Assembly: GCA_963704885.1 (NCBI GenBank)
Contig: CAVPIB010000004.1
Location: 160,001 to 224,000 of the forward strand
Source: an uncultured Actinomycetes bacterium
GTDB lineage: Bacteria > Actinomycetota > UBA4738 > HRBIN12
Direction: 5' to 3'
Length of the DNA stretch: 64,000 bases
The notes beneath the pieces were generated by a model. It was not told the DNA's origin. It was given only the letters and a program-made list of their open reading frames with translations, and searched no databases. A program made the translations under genes and the position numbers. This document shows, in pieces, positions 61,591 to 64,000 of this stretch; the stretch's first letter is position 1; every line of letters starts with the position of its first letter.

Positions 61591-63182
61591 CCACCCTCGA
61601 GGTTCGCGATCTCTCCGTCGAGGTCGGCGGCAAGACCGTCGTCCAAGACCTGAGCTTCACGCTGCGCGCCGGCGACAAGATGGGTGTTGTCGGACGCAAC
61701 GGCGCCGGCAAGACGAGTCTGCTCAAGGTGCTTGCGGGGGAGGAGCTTCCGCTTGCGGGCAGCGCTGCTCACACCGGCGCCTTGGGTTACCTGCGGCAGG
61801 ATCCACGCCAGCACCGCGCGGACGATCAGCTCACCGGCCTGGAGCACATCCTGGCCGCGCGCGACCTGATCGACCTGGCCCGACGTCTGGAGAAGGCTCG
61901 GATCCAGTTGGAGGAATCGCACGCGGAACGCGACGTGACGCGGTTCGCTCGGTTGGAGGAGGAGTACCGCGAGCTCGGCGGATACGCGGCGGAGTCCGAG
62001 GCTCGCACGATCACGGCCGGCCTGGGCTTGGCCCAAGACCGTCTTGCCTTGCCCGTTCGCGCACTATCCGGAGGTGAGCGCAGGCGTCTGGAGTTGGCGC
62101 GGATCCTGTTCGGTGGGAGCGATCTGCTCATGCTGGATGAGCCCACGAACCACCTGGATGCCGACGCCAAGCTCTGGCTGATGAAGTTCCTAGCGTCCTA
62201 CCGGGGCGCGCTCATGGTCGTCAGCCACGACCTCAAGCTGCTGGATGCGTCGATCACCCGGATCCTGCACGTGGACCGCGATCAGGTGGTGGAGTACCGC
62301 GGCACCTACTCGCAGTACCGGGAGGCACGCAAGCAGGACGAGATACGACTGCGCGCTCTCGCTGGTCGGCAGCAACACGAGATCACACGCCTCAAGACGC
62401 TGGCCGACTCCATGCGCGGCCAGACCGCGAAGCGCGCGCGCAAAGCGAAGACCCTCGACACGCGCGTCCAGAAGCTCACCGCCAAGAAGGTGGAGGGCCC
62501 AACGCGGGAGAAGCGCGTGACTTTCCGGTTCCCCGAACCGCCGCACAGCGGCAAGGTGCTCCTGGTGGCGAACGACCTGACCAAGAGCTACGGCGGGCCC
62601 CCGGTGTTCGAGGACATCTCGTTCGACGTGGCTCGAGGTGAGCGGCTGCTGATCATGGGTTTGAACGGCGCGGGCAAGACCAGCCTGCTCCGGATCTTGG
62701 CGGGAGAGTCCGAGGCTGATCACGGTTCGTTCCGATTGGGCCACGGCGCGGAGCTCGGGTACTACGCGCAGGAGCACGAAGGGCTCCGCGACGAGGTCGC
62801 GGTACTCGAGCACATGCGCGCGGAGTCGGGAGCCGAGGACCAGCAGCTTCGCTCGCTGCTCGGCATGTTCCGGCTCACGGGCGAGATGGCGTTCCAGGAC
62901 GCGGGCACGCTCTCGGGTGGGGAGAAGACCAAGCTCGCACTCGCGCAGTTGGTGGCGGGCCAGAAGAACCTGCTCCTGCTGGACGAGCCGACGAACAACC
63001 TCGATCCGCCCTCCCGCACCGCCATCGCCGAGGCACTGGCCGGGTGGCCGGGGACGATGGTTCTGGTGAGCCACGATATCGAGTTCGTGGAAGCGCTTGC
63101 CCCGCACCGGGTGCTGATGATGCCGGACGGCACGCTCGACTTCTGGAGCGACGATCTGCTCGAACTCGTGGCGCTCGCCTGA
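61587..63182 (+). CDS. ABC-F family ATPase (ribosome-associated)
   Basis: Two ABC domains (GRNGAGKT, LSGGERRR, DEPTNHLD; GLNGAGKT, LSGGEKTK, DEPTNNLD), basic linker, no transmembrane segment. Confidence 0.93.
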   Translation: MTTLEVRDLSVEVGGKTVVQDLSFTLRAGDKMGVVGRNGAGKTSLLKVLAGEELPLAGSAAHTGALGYLRQDPRQHRADDQLTGLEHILAARDLIDLARRLEKARIQLEESHAERDVTRFARLEEEYRELGGYAAESEARTITAGLGLAQDRLALPVRALSGGERRRLELARILFGGSDLLMLDEPTNHLDADAKLWLMKFLASYRGALMVVSHDLKLLDASITRILHVDRDQVVEYRGTYSQYREARKQDEIRLRALAGRQQHEITRLKTLADSMRGQTAKRARKAKTLDTRVQKLTAKKVEGPTREKRVTFRFPEPPHSGKVLLVANDLTKSYGGPPVFEDISFDVARGERLLIMGLNGAGKTSLLRILAGESEADHGSFRLGHGAELGYYAQEHEGLRDEVAVLEHMRAESGAEDQQLRSLLGMFRLTGEMAFQDAGTLSGGEKTKLALAQLVAGQKNLLLLDEPTNNLDPPSRTAIAEALAGWPGTMVLVSHDIEFVEALAPHRVLMMPDGTLDFWSDDLLELVALA

Positions 63183-63235
63183 GGCGAGTATCATGCGCCG
63201 ACCCCACGCGGAGACAGATCGGAGCGAACGAACCG

Positions 63236-64000
63236 GTGAGCGAACAAGCAGATGCAGATCTGGTCTTCTTGAACGGCTCGGTTTACACGGTGGACTCGGC
63301 CCGCAGCTGGGCGCACGCGGTCGCCGTGAAGGATGGACTCATCCAGGCCGTGGGTACCGATGACGACGTTCGCCTGCATGCGGGTTCGAGTACTGAGATC
63401 GTGGATCTCGGCGGACGATCGCTCCTCCCGGGGTTCCAGGATGCGCATATCCACCCGCCGAGCGGCGGGCTGGAGATGCTGCGTTGTGATCTCAATGACG
63501 CGTACACCCTGACCGACTACGAGGCCGTTATCGCGGCGTACGCGGCGGACCGACCGGACGTGCCGTGGATCCTCGGGGGCGGATGGTACATGGGCGTGTT
63601 CGCCCGAGGCGCACCTCCGAAGGAGCCACTGGACCGGCTCCTTCCCGACCGGCCGGCGTTCCTTCAGAGTCGTGATGGTCACTCCGCTTGGGTGAACTCC
63701 CGCGCGCTGGAGCTGGCTGGGATCGACGCGTCGACGCCCGACCCGGGCGACGGTCGTATCGAGCGGGATGCCGACGGCTCGCCTAGCGGCACGTTGCACG
63801 AGGGCGCCATGGAGCTCCTAGAACACGTCGCACCTCAGGACACAACCGAGGACTTCGCGGAGGGCCTCCGAGTGGCGCAGACCTACCTACATTCGCTCGG
63901 GATCACGGCATGGCAGGACGCGATCGTTGGGCTCGATGGCGGCTACCGGACGTTCGACGCGTACGTGCAGGCCGCCGAACGTGGCGAGCTGACGGCACGC
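63236..64000 (+). CDS. YtcJ-like amidohydrolase, 3' truncated by window
   Basis: Read manually: MSEQADADLVFLNGSVYTVD..AVAVKDGLIQAVG, LLPGFQDAHIH, DGHSAWVNSRAL, GITAWQDA. Confidence 0.88.
   Translation, partial: MSEQADADLVFLNGSVYTVDSARSWAHAVAVKDGLIQAVGTDDDVRLHAGSSTEIVDLGGRSLLPGFQDAHIHPPSGGLEMLRCDLNDAYTLTDYEAVIAAYAADRPDVPWILGGGWYMGVFARGAPPKEPLDRLLPDRPAFLQSRDGHSAWVNSRALELAGIDASTPDPGDGRIERDADGSPSGTLHEGAMELLEHVAPQDTTEDFAEGLRVAQTYLHSLGITAWQDAIVGLDGGYRTFDAYVQAAERGELTAR

Noticed and set aside
1-64000. CRISPR array, transposase, integrase, prophage or rRNA
   Set aside because: No regularly spaced repeats or recognisable motifs seen by eye

Overview
High-GC bacterial chromosomal segment, most likely from an Actinomycetota lineage (inferred from four-domain RpsA, polA-rpsA-coaE-uvrB and uvrC-rapZ-gap-pgk-tpiA-secG synteny, and many leaderless genes). 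The backbone is housekeeping: dnaE 3' end, hisA/priA-like-trpC-trpB-trpA, polA, rpsA, coaE, uvrB/A/C, rapZ, gap-pgk-tpiA-apgM, secG and two tRNA-Leu genes. It is interspersed with five ABC transporter operons and several catabolic enzymes. Most notable observations: (1) a 3.48-kb recombinase-free cassette bounded by two palindromic CTAGTC-N7-GACTAG direct repeats. It carries a SARP-regulator/Ser-Thr-kinase/transmembrane/extracellular-domain fusion and a divergent secreted HEXXH protein whose promoter has SARP-type heptamer repeats. (2) A candidate ~155-nt structured sRNA with its own TTGACA-N17-TATCTT promoter. (3) A PafBC/RecA-NDp-type motif (NGTCGG-N10-TANNNT) before polA, uvrB, uvrA and uvrC. 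(4) A HisA-fold gene in the trp operon with altered acidic active-site residues. (5) A probable ACG start codon and a uORF coupled to an ABC-F gene. Three apparent single-base frameshifts in the first 6.4 kb may be sequencing errors. All calls are by eye; no database searches were run.
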